A stretch of 35,271 bases of DNA from Octopus bimaculoides. Its lineage: Eukaryota. The notes under the pieces were generated by a model. That model was not told where the DNA came from and made no database searches. It saw nothing but the letters and a program-made list of their open reading frames with translations. Both the position numbers and the translations under genes were made by a program. The stretch is from positions 9,340,468 through 9,375,738 of the forward strand of contig NC_069010.1 of assembly GCF_001194135.2 (NCBI RefSeq), read 5' to 3'. Of the stretch, positions 21,515-34,604 are shown in pieces (position 1 is the first letter of the stretch; each line of letters begins with the position of its first letter).

Positions 21515-21637
21515 GAGTGGCTGTGTGTTAAGTAGCTTGCGTACCAACCACATGGTCCCCGGGTTCAGTCCCCCTGCATGGCACCTAGGGTAAGTATCTT
21601 CTACTATAGCCTCGGGCCGACCAAAGCCTTGTGAGTG
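21515..21637 (+). mobile_element. SINE family B 5' part, cut by a gap
   Basis: gtggctgtgtgttaagtagcttgc...ccaaagccttgtgagtg. Confidence 0.8.
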
Positions 21638-21737
21638 NNNNNNNNNNNNNNNNNNNNNNNNNNNNNNNNNNNNNNNNNNNNNNNNNNNNNNNNNNNNNNN
21701 NNNNNNNNNNNNNNNNNNNNNNNNNNNNNNNNNNNNN

Positions 21738-21768
<31 letters not shown>

Positions 21769-22370
21769 TATTGTTGTTGTTATTATTATCAACATTTATT
21801 ATTATTATTAATATTTGTAGTAATAGTAGTAACATTGTTTCCTTTGTGTTGTGTGTGTGTGTGGGTGTGTGTGACTGAAAGCATTGGAATGAATTATTGC
21901 CAACTGACTCAGTGTTTTGTGTGTGTGTGTGTGTGTTGCATGTATATTAATGAGTATGCATATTATTGAATGTGTGTCTGTTGGTTTATGTGTCAGTTTC
22001 TGACTTGCTTGTGTGTGTGTGTGTGTTGAATGTAATATTTGTCTTTAATGTGTGTGTGTGGTATCTTATGTGTTCTCTGTACATTAGTGAATATGGTGTG
22101 TGTGTGTGTGTTGGTGAATGTGTGGTAGCTGCCTTTGTTCTTGTGTTTGTGTGTGTGTATGGTGTCATATTGTGTATGTATGTATGTATGTTGGTGTTTG
22201 TATTGTATATACATGTGTGTGTGTGTGTGTGTATGAGAGAGAGAGAAAGGAAAAAAGAAAATGGACAGACTACAGTTTCAATTTATTACTTGCCAACCAA
22301 TAATGTGTGTATGGGGTCAGGACAACAACTTACTGCAGTGTGTATTGACAGCAGATTGTGTGTATGTATA

Positions 22371-22411
<41 letters not shown>

Positions 22412-22714
22412 GTAGTTTGTCATGTCTGTGTTTGAGTGTGATGACATCACTGCAGTATACACTTCATCATCATCAGGTTACATCTGTTCGATTTTGGTTG
22501 GGGGGTCTTCCCCCTCAATGGCTGCAGGAATCGGATGGGTCATCGCAGCACAGTTTCTCACCCTTTGCTCCGGTATCCCTGGTTAACTTGTTTGTGAGGT
22601 TCATCAACCTCCTAAGAGGGTCCTTCTTACAGCAGGGCTGTCTTAGCAACATTATGGGTCTCCCCCACTTGGCCCCGTTTCATTTATTAAATAAGTGACC
22701 CACAGTGTACGTAG

Positions 22715-23105
22715 GTCTAGTTTGGACCCCCAGACCCGTGAGCCCTCACCTTGCAGCAAAACTACACTGGACCCTAAAGTATTTAACAGCAAACATCATA
22801 CATAGATGAGAATTGGGCCCCTAGGCCTGTGACCCTCTCCCCACTTCTGGCAAATCAATGCGCTGGACCACAGCATATATAGATCAAAATTGGGTCCCTA
22901 GACCCTTGCCCTCCCCCCTTTCTCCAGCATATCAACACACTGAACCCTAAAGTATTTATTGATTGCAAGCGACAGCATAGATGAAAATGGGGCTCATCAA
23001 CCCATGAGCCCCTCCCCCACCTTTGAGCAAATCAATGTAATGGACCCTAGAATATTTGACTGCAAGCCAAAGCATACATCAAAACTGGGTCCCTAGACAA
23101 CCATT
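22715..23105. repeat. Diverged minisatellite of about 77-98-bp units, 4-5 copies
   Basis: atagat.a.aa.tggg..ccta at about 22802, 22879, 22977 and 23074; recurrent tggaccctaaagtattt. Confidence 0.7.
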
Positions 23106-23416
23106 TCTCTACATCCTTACTCACGGTTCCCATTGTACCAATTTTTACAGTCTTCAACCTTTACAGTCTTCAAACTCCAGATTCTTGCAATTTCAAATTT
23201 TAAGCAATTGTCCAGCTGGCAGAACCATTAGCAGGATGGATGGTCGATTTTCCTTTTCATCCGTTTTCAGAGTCGATAAATTAAGTACCAATGGACATTT
23301 GATGATGGTGACCGATACATTGAAACCATGGTCACGAGGTCGTGATTTCAATTTCTGGTTGGGGGGTAACACGTTGAGTTCTTTAGTAAAACCCTTCATC
23401 TCCTGTTGATGTGCAA

Positions 23417-23581
23417 TCACTTTGCCACCGGTGGCCGTGTGGCACACTGTGCACCCGTTCCAGAAATATCAATTTGATGGAAGGAGTTAGCCATTTCTAT
23501 GTCACAAACCATTTGGTCACCATAAACAAAATCATTTGTACAGCTTGCTCGGCAAGAAATTGCAGAATTGTCTTTCTCAGA
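23417..23581 (-). CDS. Candidate terminal exon of an unidentified gene (SEKDNSAISCRASCTNDFVYGDQMVCDIEMANSFHQIDISGTGAQCATRPPVAK*)
   Basis: ctctcgtag| acceptor, phase 0, 54 codons plus TGA; complex non-repetitive sequence in a repeat-rich region. Confidence 0.35.
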   Translation of the reverse strand, partial: SEKDNSAISCRASCTNDFVYGDQMVCDIEMANSFHQIDISGTGAQCATRPPVAK

Positions 23582-25928
23582 CTACGAGAGACCACTGTGC
23601 TGGCGGTGGTGGNNNNNNNNNNNNNNNNNNNNNNNNNNNNNNNNNNNNNNNNNNNNNNNNNNNNNNNNNNNNNNNNNNNNNNNNNNNNNNNGGTGGTGGC
23701 GGTAGTGGTGGTGGTGGTGGTGGTGGCGGTGGTGACAATTATTAGTAGCACTGATATTGGTAGGTTTAGTTGTTAGTATAATGGTAAGGTTGTGGAGGTG
23801 GTTGTGTTATTAATATCATGGTTATTATTATTATTATTATTATTATTGTGGTGGTGGGTGGTTGACATGTCTCGTTGCAATAAATTAGTCTGTATTATTC
23901 ATTAATTTGTTAATTAAAGCTTTTTTTTTTGTTAACGTTTGGTCTACCTTGATTATGTCATATCTATTTCTATAATGAATGGAAGACGCACAGACGCAGT
24001 GGGGAAGTGTGTGTGGGTGTGGAGGTGGAGATGGAGTGTCCGTATGTGGGCCTGCGTTTATGGTGTATGCAGAAAGGGAGGGGAGAATGTGAGGGGGTGC
24101 GGGGGGAGTCTGTGCTTGTGTGTGTGTGTGTGGAAAGTGTTGAGTTAATATGTATGTAGTTGTGTGTGTGGGGGGGGAGTCTCTACTTGTAGGTATGTCT
24201 GCAAGGGGGGAAGGGGGATGTCTGTATATTTAGGTCTGCTTGTCTGTGTACGTGTGTGTGTATATGTGTAGTTCTGTGTGTGTATGTATATGTGGGTTTG
24301 TGCTTGTGTGTGTGTGTGTGTATATATATATATGCATGTGGGCCTGTGCTAGCATGTGGGTGTGAGTGGGTCTGCTTGTATGTGTGTGGAGAGGAGGGTC
24401 ACAACGTGTGGGCATCTGGAGAGAGAGAGAGAGAGAGAAGGGGCTGTGTGTATGTATGTGTGTGTTGAGATGGAGTGTATGTATATGTGGGCCTCTGTGT
24501 GTGTGTGAAGAACAGGAGGTCGTGTGTGTGTGTGTGTGTGTGTGCAGAAGGTTGGCATCTGTTTGTATGTCTCTGTGGTGTGTGTGTGTGCGTGCAAAGG
24601 GACCTGTGTGTGGGTCTGTGTATCTGAGTGTTTGTATGACTATATGCACGTGTGTGTGTGAGTGTGTGGTTGGGTGTGTGTTTGTGTCGTGGAGGGGTTT
24701 CGGTGTGTAAGTTTTCTGTGTAATTGTGTGTGCGTTTCTCTCCATCTCTCTTTCTGGGTGAGTCTGTGTGCATGGGGGAGGTGGGGCAGGGAATTGGTGT
24801 GTATGTTCTGTGGGATTGAGTGGAGGGTGAGTCTCTGCTGTGTCTGATTTTCTGAGGATGTATCTAATATATATGTGTGTGTGTGTGTGTCTATCTCTGA
24901 ATGTGTCTGTATGTCTATCTATATATGTATCATATTTGTGTGTGTGTGTGTGTGTGTGTGTATTATTTTGTCTCTTGCTTTCTCTCTATATGTCTCTGAT
25001 CCTGTTTATGTGTGTTAGTATATCTGGTTCTATGTACATGTATATGTTCATACCAGTGTGTGTGTGTGTGTGTGTCTCTCTCTCTCCATATGTATGTATG
25101 TACCTGTCTTTGTCTGTCTCTGCGTGTGTATGTATATATGTGTGTATCACTATACCAGCCTTTGTGTGTGTATTTATATGTATATATATGTGTCATGCAC
25201 GCCTAATGTAGGTGATATGGGAAAATGATAAGATACCATATCTTGAGTACTGCCAAAAATTACGATATGTGTGTGTGTGTGTGTAATAAATGAAATATAA
25301 AAATAACTGTGAAATGACTTGTTTATAAATAGATGTTTCTTCATTTGAAAGTCATAGCCTAGTAATCTCTTATAAGGGTGGCAAATGGGTAGAATCAGTA
25401 GAATGGTGGCTAGAGTATTTATTCCTCCTCTGTGCAGTGGGTTCAAATCTAACTGGGGTCAGCTTCTTTTCTGCTAATCCAGCTGAAAACAGATTAGGGA
25501 TTAGTGCAGTTTTAGAAGAGGATTTTGAGGTATTTGGTTCAGTAGGTTGTCTGTATGGCTGTGTGGTTCACTTTGTAACCATTTGGTTTTAGGTTCAATC
25601 CTGTTGTGTGATATGGCACCTTAAGCAGTGTTATAACCCTGGGCCTTAGTCGAATTGCTAGGCAGAAACTATATGTAGCCCTACTTAATACATGAGCCGA
25701 AAGACTGCTCTCCGGGCGGTTTTCTGCTAGCCCCTTGATAATATTTTCACATTTGATTCCCAATTCTAATAATTTTTATATTTTACATCTAATTATTTCT
25801 TTGTATAATAGTGCACACTTGCTTAGTAAATATTACTTTCATTATTTTATCACAGTTATAAACTCTGTTTTTAAACAAACATCATGGTAGTCCAACAACA
25901 GAAGAAGATGCAGTTTGTCAAGTTTTAC

Positions 25929-25971
25929 CTTCCCCGCAAAGCAACATAGAAATTTCAATTCAGCAGCCCAT
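25929..25971 (-). CDS. Candidate exon of an unidentified gene (WAAELKFLCCFAGK)
   Basis: cttacag| acceptor, AAG|gtaaaa donor; 43 nt, phase 2 to 0; single open frame. Confidence 0.35.
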
Positions 25972-26344
25972 CTGTAAGCTTTGTGTGTGTGAGAGAGAGA
26001 GAGGACATCGCAAACAATGAAATAAAAACGCATTACTACAACTATACACGCCCCCAACTGCTGTAATATTTTAAGTAAAAATGTTCTTCTTCTGTACTTT
26101 ACCAGATGTAATGAGTTGTCCTGAACTTTTCCAAGTGTAATAACTTGTCCTGTACATTTCCAGGTTTATAATCTTAACAGTATTGTTTCTCTTGCTGACA
26201 TTTTTCCATGTGATGATATATATTATGTTGGCACACGTGCATAGACACACATACATACACACATGCATAGACACACACACACACGTACATATATACTCAT
26301 AACCTGGATGTGAATTGAAGATGTGTATACACACCCACACACAC

Positions 26345-26485
26345 ACAGGTTATTTTCAGTCTCCATCTACCAAATCCTTTCATAAAATCTTTGGTTGACC
26401 CATGGCTATAGAAGACACTCGTCGAAAGTGCCACACAGTCAGACTGAACCTGAAACCATGTGGTTGGTTCTCAGCCACACAACCA
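26345..26485 (-). mobile_element. SINE family B 5' part, diverged
   Basis: ttttcagtctccatctaccaaatcc...accatgtggttgg. Confidence 0.65.
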
Positions 26486-26759
26486 TGCCCGCTTCTAATC
26501 TTTATGGCTGTTGTCTGGCAGCATTCCATGCAACGCGAAGAAAACATTGCCAGAAAGCAGCTAGCATGAGTTTGACGTTCCCATCCAAGGATCTGTGGGC
26601 AGCGTTCTGAGTGAGACCTGCCAATCGAGAATCGGTTGATTCAGGTTCATTGACATCAGGAATCGTACTTGTCGACTGGCATCACTCCACCCGATTCCAA
26701 GTGGAGCGATGCCAGCAAAGATGGAAAACCAAAACAGATATCTGATGAAAGTTGCTCGG

Positions 26760-27110
26760 CATTTGTTTTTACAAATATCAACAAATGCAAAGATGAGAAT
26801 CTAAGGAAAACGTTCCATGGTTCTTGGAGGTGTTTTCCCGAGAAAGAAACAGACTTATTTGCATCCAGTCACAGAAGGAAACAATGGTAAATATTCCATA
26901 TTCTTCTAATGTCAGACATGATGACGGAACCGACAGAAAAGATACGTCCAAGTTCTCAGAATTCTGTAGAATGAGGTGAAATGTGTCGGTTGATTCCATG
27001 TGGGGTTTTTTTTTGGTTTGACTATAGAGGCACCAAAAGAGAAATGGTGACATGAGTGTTGGTATGGATCTTGTTTTTCTGGGACTGTTGAAGGAGCCTC
27101 TCCAACTATG
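26760..27110 (+). mobile_element. Possible highly degenerate Tc1/mariner transposase remnant
   Basis: Frameshifted peptides SMVLGGVFPRKKQTYLHP and MDLVFLGLLKE loosely resemble the SVMVWAG and MDFFLWGYLK motifs. Confidence 0.3.
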
Positions 27111-27524
27111 ACTCACCTGCTGGGTTTGTCTTTCAGTTTGATGCTCCAACGGTTCTGCCAAGTCACTGACTAATTATAACTGGCATAATAACCATTATCG
27201 TCATCATAACCATTATCGTCATCATAACCATTATCGTCATCATAACCATCATCATCATCATTACATTTATCATCACCATCACAACCATTAAACATTGTTT
27301 CTTTATTACTTCCATGTTCTGGATGTGAAGGATGTGTAATATGGTAACCGCCCCTTCCCCGTGTGCCCTGCCCTGCCGCTCCCCCCTCCCCATCTCCTCT
27401 GGTAATGTTTGGCAATGCCATAATGCACACTCTCTTGGAGTTCTGGCTACGATGTTCAACATCTCTCTGACATGCACAGATACACGTCTTTGCAACGTAT
27501 GTGTGAAGTGTGTGCATGTATGCG

Positions 27525-27555
27525 TTTGTATATATGTATGTGTGCATGTATATAC

Positions 27556-27587
<32 letters not shown>

Positions 27588-27960
27588 ATATGTATGTGTA
27601 TATCTATGTACATGTGTGTGTGTATTTATATGTATGTGTATATGTGTATACATGTCTGTGTGTGTGTGTATTTATATGTATGTGTATATGTCTCTGTGTG
27701 TGTATTTATATATGTGTATATGTGTGTACATGTCTGTGTGTGTGTGTGTATTTATATGTATGTGTATATGTCTCTGTGTGTGTATTTATATGTATGTGTA
27801 TATGTGTGTACATGTCTGTGTGTGTATATTTATATGTATGTGTGTGTACATGTCTGTGTGTATGTATTTATATGTATGTGTATATGTGTGTACATGTCTG
27901 TGTGTGTGTCTGTATGTGTGTATATATATGTTTGTGTGTGTATAATAATAATGTATACAC
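27525..27960. repeat. TG/TA compound minisatellite (units of about 30-40 bp, tgtgtatttatatgtatgtgtatatgt...)
   Basis: Direct inspection. Confidence 0.85.
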
Positions 27961-28288
27961 ACACACAGACATGCTTTATACAGATATATACAAATCGGTG
28001 TGCGTATGACTCATTTATGAAGATGGCCAATAACGTGTGTGTGTGTGTGTGTCTAGTGAGGGGTGTGTTCAACATTGTTCTTGGTGTGTGGGTGTGTGAC
28101 AGAAGTTCTGTAGATTTTTATCTGTGTCGTTGCTTATCTCTGAACGTGTTCATATGTACGTGTCTATATCTATGTGTATATATGTTTTCAGATATATCCA
28201 TGTGTATGCTTTGCTATGTATTTATATATATATATATATATGTATGTGTGTATACTCAAATATATTCATGTGTATGTATGTATTTCTC

Positions 28289-28400
<112 letters not shown>

Positions 28401-28881
28401 TTTGTACATATAAATTTGTTGCCTTTTGTGTGTGTATGTATATATATCTTCATCATTTAACCCTTTCGTAACTGTATTTACTTTGAGATGCTCTGTGTTT
28501 CTTTCAATTACTTTAAATATAACTGATGATTTAGTTAAAATAACTTAGTTATCCTTCAGCTAGTGTTAGGAACATAAATTGTGACTAACGTTTGGTGGAA
28601 GATTTTAATTCGGAAGTTACAAGACCCATTTGTACTCAGAGCCAGAGCCGGTTTCATCTGGGTTGTTACTAGTTGCCATGCCAGCTATCACATGTAAGGA
28701 CTTCTAGAGATGATTTTTTTTTCCAGGAAAGTAAAGTTAATTGGTTAATTACAGGAACACTATAAAGCTAAGTCCTATTCTTCTTTGTCTCCTCCTCCTC
28801 TATCACTCCATGCCCTCCACCACCCTCCAGGCACGTGCCCCCTGTGTAAATTCTCAAGGTAGCCAGAAGGCTTTTTGTTAC

Positions 28882-28912
28882 TTTAGTAAATTGTCAACAA
28901 AAGTCTTTTTCC
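28882..28912 (-). CDS. Candidate micro-exon of an unidentified gene ((x)KKTFVDNLL(K))
   Basis: Strong acceptor tttttattttacctgttttcccacag|; only one frame stays open to the AA|gtaaca donor; ends in phase 2, compatible with 25929-25971. Confidence 0.35.
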
Positions 28913-29514
28913 CTGTGGGAAAACAGGTAAAATAAAAATGTTTTCCATCACAAAGTAGACTTTCTTGTAAATATATGTATATATATATATATATTGTTGT
29001 GTGTGTATAAGGTATGTTTGGGCAGAAGAAGACATAAAGTGAATTTTCCCAGTGTAAACAAACATGTAAATTAATACGAATGCTATTGTATGGAATATTT
29101 GTGTGCATTCCAGAAGCTTTGAGAGTTTTTCAGGAGAAACATTAATTTCAAAGAAGTGACCCTTCTCCTTTCAATGCACTTGTTCTAGCACTCCAGCCAC
29201 TTTGGGAAGGACCCCATGGAAGCTATGGTTGGTCCCTATGTTTTTTTGTTTTTTTTTTGGAAGCATGTGATGCCAAGTTCAATCCCACTGTTTGGCACCA
29301 AAATAAATATTGAAAGAAATTCCATCTGATACGTTAACGTCCCTGCCAGTTTACTGCCCAGGCACTCTGAAACCATTCTGCCAATTTGCCTTTGTGTATG
29401 TGTGTGTGTGTGTGAGAGAGAGAGCGATCTAAGTGTTTGAAAGAGAGAAAGAGACACACCCCTGTTAACTGTGTGCATGTACACGCACACATCTACAAAT
29501 GTACTGCAGTCTGT

Positions 29515-29595
29515 TTGGTGTATGTGTGTGTGAGAGATTTATGTTGTGTGTGTGTGAGAGATCTATGTTGTATGTGTGTGAGAGAGATCTATGTT

Positions 29596-29631
<36 letters not shown>

Positions 29632-29705
29632 TCTATGTTGTGTATGTGTGTGAGTGAGAGATCTATGTTGTGTATGTGTGTATGAGAGAGATCTGTTGTG
29701 TGTAT
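29515..29705. repeat. Minisatellite (gagagatctatgttgtgtgtgt..., about 22-30 bp units)
   Basis: Direct inspection; about 6 copies. Confidence 0.8.
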
Positions 29706-30403
29706 GTGTGTTGATATGTGTTAGCTGTGCGAGTGAAAGATGTATGGGGGGGGGGGTAAATGAAATCTGTTAACTGTGTGAGGAAGAGAGAGTGAGAGAA
29801 GAGAGACTTGAGATCTGTTAGGCATATGTGCGTGAGACTTGTGATCATGTTCCATGTTGATGGTAGAATATAACATTATGTTGATAGTTTATCTAACCTT
29901 ATTTCCTCACCCACCTCGTGGCCACCCACTTCCTCTTCCTCATCCTCCCATATCCTCCCTTTCTCCTTCCAGATTTAGATAACTGTAAGTGTGTGTGTGT
30001 GTGTGTGTGCACGTTCATACAAGGTCTTATGCATTGATATTTACGAGACTCAAACTTGTACATTCACTTGTGTGTGTGTGTGTATCTATATATATATAGA
30101 TACATACTTATACACACACGCACGCACGCACACACACACACACAGATAGTGTAGTGGGGTTTCCTTAGTTACGGAAGTAGATAAAAAAAAAGTGAGTAAC
30201 AAAGTGTTGTCTTGAGTCTTAAGACCCTTTCCTGGTTTCCATGGTGCAAGGGCAGACCCAAAGGGGGTGCCTGAGGGGCACGTGCACCCCTCAAGAGAAA
30301 AGAAGTGTGCCCTTCTAAATGTTATTACGCCCTTTTTTCTCCTGGAATTGTATTCCCTTTTGACCTTGTGCCCTCACTTTGAAAAATCCCTGCCAAATCA
30401 GCC

Positions 30404-30492
30404 TGTTGTAGCCATCTGGTTCACCAATCCTCAGTCAAATCATCCAACCCATGCCAGCATGGAAAGCGGACGTTAAACGATGATGATGATGA
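30404..30492 (+). mobile_element. SINE family A 3' tail fragment
   Basis: ccaaatcagcc...ggaaagcggacgttaaacgatgatgatg. Confidence 0.75.
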
Positions 30493-30519
30493 TATATATA
30501 TATATACACACACACACAT

Positions 30520-30890
30520 TTTCTTTTTTACTTGTTTCAGTCATTTGACTGTGGCCATGCTAGAGCACTGCCTTTTAGTCAAGGAAATCAGCCCTAGGAC
30601 TTATTCGTTGTAAGCCTAGTACTTATTCTATCGTTCTCTTTTGCCGAACCACTAAGTTACAGGGATGTAAACACACCAACACCAGTTGTCAAGTGATGGT
30701 GGGGGACAAACACAGACAGACACACAAATACATACAGGCTTCTATCAGTTTCCGTCTACCAGATCCACTCACAAGGCTTTGGTCGGCCCGAGTCTATAGT
30801 ACAAGACACTTGGCCAAGCTGCCACGCAGTGGGACTGAACCCGGAACCATGTAGTTCATAAGCAAGCTACTTACCACACAGCCACTCCTA
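30520..30890 (-). mobile_element. SINE family B, near full length
   Basis: tttacttgtttcagtcatttgactg...cttaccacacagccact. Confidence 0.8.
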
Positions 30891-32242
30891 TGGCGTATAG
30901 ATTCATTTAAAGTGAATAGTGAAAAAGAGACAAAGAAACTCTCTCTCTCTCATANNNNNNNNNNATATATATATATATAAGGCTAAAACATAAAAGAATA
31001 AAAGGAATAGCTATATATATATACATACATGCATGCACACAGATAGACTGGTGTTTGCAAAGATGTACATCGCATTCACACTGCTCTGTCTGTCTGTCTC
31101 TCTCTCTCTCACCAGCACAGGTGTTCACAAATATATACATCGCATTTACACAAGTATGCTCTTTGTCTATATCTACCTGCCTCTCTCAGTCACTGTCTCT
31201 CCTCCTCTCCCTCCCCACCTTTCTCTCTCTCTCTCACACACACACACACACGCACGTATGCACATACACTCACTCACAATTACTTAATTAGTCCAAAGTG
31301 CTAACAAACCAGAAATATTGGCCAAGGAGGGGCCTGACCTATCAAACCTGATTTAATAATAATATCAATAACGATATTGGAACAATATTTCTGGTATGAC
31401 CTTCACCTACTTCTCCCTTTGTAGCGTCGGGTGGGATGGGGGGTGGGTCACAGATGTCATGCCTCATGCCATGGCTGGCCACCACCACCTCCTCCCCTTT
31501 TTATGTTTAGTGTTCTTTATCCAGGTGTGTCTGTAATAGTCTGCTTTACCTGTTGGTCTTGTTGTTTAACTCTGTCTGCATTCAAGAGATCTGTAGCAGT
31601 CCTAGAAACATAGCAACCATGATTGTCTTGTTATTTTTATATCCTCTTTCCCAAGGACACAGTGCACCTAGGACTACATTGTCCTATGTGTTCTCCACTT
31701 TTAGAAAATGATGGTACATTGTGCAATTTGCCACTCTTAAATGCCACCCCCTCCTTATTCGAGAGGGCTTTTCCTCCCCAACTTTTACCCTTTTCTTGTC
31801 CCTTGCAAGTTGCTTGGCTACACCACTGGTGCTGGAGCCATGCAAAGAAACAACCAATTCAAACAGTAAGGTTATTGGCAATTAGGAAAGGCATCCAGCT
31901 GTAGAAACCATAGCAAAGCAGACTCGCAGCCACATGATGCAGCCCTACAGCTCACTGGATCCTCTCGAACCATCTCACTGATGCCAGCAGGAATAACGGA
32001 TATTAAACGATGATGATGATATTTAATGAGTGTTGATTGGAATCTGCCTTTTCAGCGGTCCCAGGACCTTCTACAATCAAGATATGTCTACTATGTGTTT
32101 AGTTTAGTACAGGCAACCTTGGGATGAGCTGGTTAATGGAAGTCCCATTTCACAGCCAGGAAGTTTTGTAACCAATGATAACACTCCTCATTAATTGTCT
32201 GTCGTCATTGTTAGGATGTTGGTCGAGCCAAGGAGTTGCTGG

Positions 32243-32276
<34 letters not shown>

Positions 32277-33289
32277 NNNNNNNNNNNNNNNNNNNNNNNN
32301 NNNNNNNNNNNNNNNNNNNNNNNNNNNNNNNNNNNNNNNNNNNNNNNNNNNNNNNNNNNNNNNNNNNNNNNNNNNNNNNNNNNNNNNNNNNNNNNNNNNN
32401 NNNNNNNNNNNNNNNNNNNNNNNNNNNNNNNNNNNNNNNNNNNNNNNNNNNNNNNNNNNNNNNNNNNNNNNNNNNNNNNNNNNNNNNNNNNNNNNNNNNN
32501 NNNNNNNNNNNNNNNNNNNNNNNNNNNNNNNNNNNNNNNNNNNNNNNNNNNNNNNNNNNNNNNNNNNNNNNNNNNNNNNNNNNNNNNNNNNNNNNNNNNN
32601 NNNNNNNNNNNNNNNNNNNNNNNNNNNNNNNNNNNNNNNNNNNNNNNNNNNNNNNNNNNNNNNNNNNNNNNNNNNNNNNNNNNNNNNNNNNNNNNNNNNN
32701 NNNNNNNNNNNNNNNNNNNNNNNNNNNNNNNNNNNNNNNNNNNNNNNNNNNNNNNNNNNNNNNNNNNNNNNNNNNNNNNNNNNNNNNNNNNNNNNNNNNN
32801 NNNNNNNNCTCCTGCACTATTTGTATTTTTTGGCATTTCATCAAATTTCTCTGGCTATTTCTTTGTCGATTTTCAACCACAATGACAGTTAATTCCTCGA
32901 GTGGTGAGCTGCAAAGCAGGGATGTTATCTATTTAACAATTTATTATTTATTCATTTAATGATTTAATTAGGAAATCGATGCCCTGCAATCAATACCTTG
33001 TCAATACATGTGGAAACGCTCGTGTAATCAACTTAAATTTGCTGGTCAGGTGAAAGTACCTTGATAAAAGGTAAAAATCAACCACAACTGGTAGAAACCA
33101 CTTACACAATGAACACAAACAATCATGATATTGTATCAGCAAATTTCATCCATATTCATGTTGTATTTAGCTTTTCATGATTTTTATTACTCGACCAACT
33201 GCATTTCATCAAAGTCTCTCGTTTCTAACCGGATTTGGAGATTGATAAAGAGAAAGCAGTCCAGGACTTTAAGGTTTCTCCCTATTTAT

Positions 33290-33514
33290 GTTTAGTACAG
33301 GGACATAAGCAAACCAACACCAGTTGCCAAGCAGTCAGCAAAGACACACACACACATATACAACAGGTTTCTTTCAGTTTCCATCTACCAAATCCACTCA
33401 CAAGGCTTTGGTCCTCCCGAGGCTATAGTAGAAGACACTTGCCCCAGGTACGATGCAGTGGGACTGAACCCAGAACCATGTAATTGGGAAGCAGACTTCT
33501 CTCCACACAGCCAC
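33290..33514 (-). mobile_element. SINE family B 5' part
   Basis: tttcagtttccatctaccaaatccactcacaagg...ccacacagccact. Confidence 0.75.
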
Positions 33515-34448
33515 TCCTGCACTATTTGTATTTTTTGGCATTTCATCAAATTTCTCTGGCTATTTCTTTGTCGATTTTCAACCACAATGACAGTTAATTC
33601 CTCGAGTGGTGAGCTGCAAAGCAGGGATGTTATCTATTTAACNNNNNNNNNNNNNNNNNNNNNNNNNNNNNNNNNNNNNNNNNNNNNNNNNNNNNNNNNN
33701 NNNNNNNNNNNNNNNNNNNNNNNNNNNNNNNNNNNNNNNNNNNNNNNNNNNNNNNNNNNNNNNNNNNNNNNNNNNNNNNNNNNNNNNNNNNNNNNNNNNN
33801 NNNNNNNNNNNNNNNNNNNNNNNNNNNNNNNNNNNNNNNNNNNNNNNNNNNNNNNNNNNNNNNNNNNNNNNNNNNNNNNNNNNNNNNNNNNNNNNNNNNN
33901 NNNNNNNNNNNNNNNNNNNNNNNNNNNNNNNNNNNNNNNNNNNNNNNNNNNNNNNNNNNNNNNNNNNNNNNNNNNNNNNNNNNNNNNNNNNNNNNNNNNN
34001 NNNNNNNNNNNNNNNNNNNNNNNNNNNNNNNNNNNNNNNNNNNNNNNNNNNNNNNNNNNNNNNNNNNNNNNNNNNNNNNNNNNNNNNNNNNNNNNNNNNN
34101 NNNNNNNNNNNNNNNNNNNNNNNNNNNNNNNNNNNNNNNNNNNNNNNNNNNNNNNNNNNNNNNNNNNNNNNNNNNNNNNNNNNNNNNNNNNNNNNNNNNN
34201 NNNNNNNNNNNNNNNNNNNNNNNNNNNNNNNNNNNNNNNNNNNNNNNNNNNNNNNNNNNNNNNNNNNNNNNNNNNNNNNNNNNNNNNNNNNNNNNNNNNN
34301 NNNNNNNNNNNNNNNNNNNNNNNNNNNNNNNNNNNNNNNNNNNNNNNNNNNNNNNNNNNNNNNNNNNNNNNNNNNNNNNNNNNNNNNNNNNNNNNNNNNN
34401 NNNNNNNAACACACACACATATATATATATATATACATACATATATAC

Positions 34449-34604
34449 GACAGGCTTCTTTCAGTTTCCGTCTATCAAATCCACTCACAAGGCTTTGGTC
34501 AGCCCGAGGCTATAGTAGAAGACACTTGCCACGGTGCCACGCAGTGGGACTGAACCCGGACCCATGTGGTTTGTAAGCAAGCTACTTACCACACAGCCAC
34601 TCCT
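34449..34604 (-). mobile_element. SINE family B 5' part
   Basis: caggcttctttcagtttccg...cttaccacacagccact. Confidence 0.75.

Noticed and set aside
21517-21595. tRNA-like A/B-box sequences as tRNA genes
   Set aside because: They are heads of multi-copy SINEs that continue into SINE body sequence, with no intact cloverleaf.
31656-31713. Plus-strand exon-like segment DTVHLGLHCPMCSPLLEND with a strong pyrimidine tract
   Set aside because: The donor (G|gtacat) is weak, there is no partner exon and no recognisable homology.
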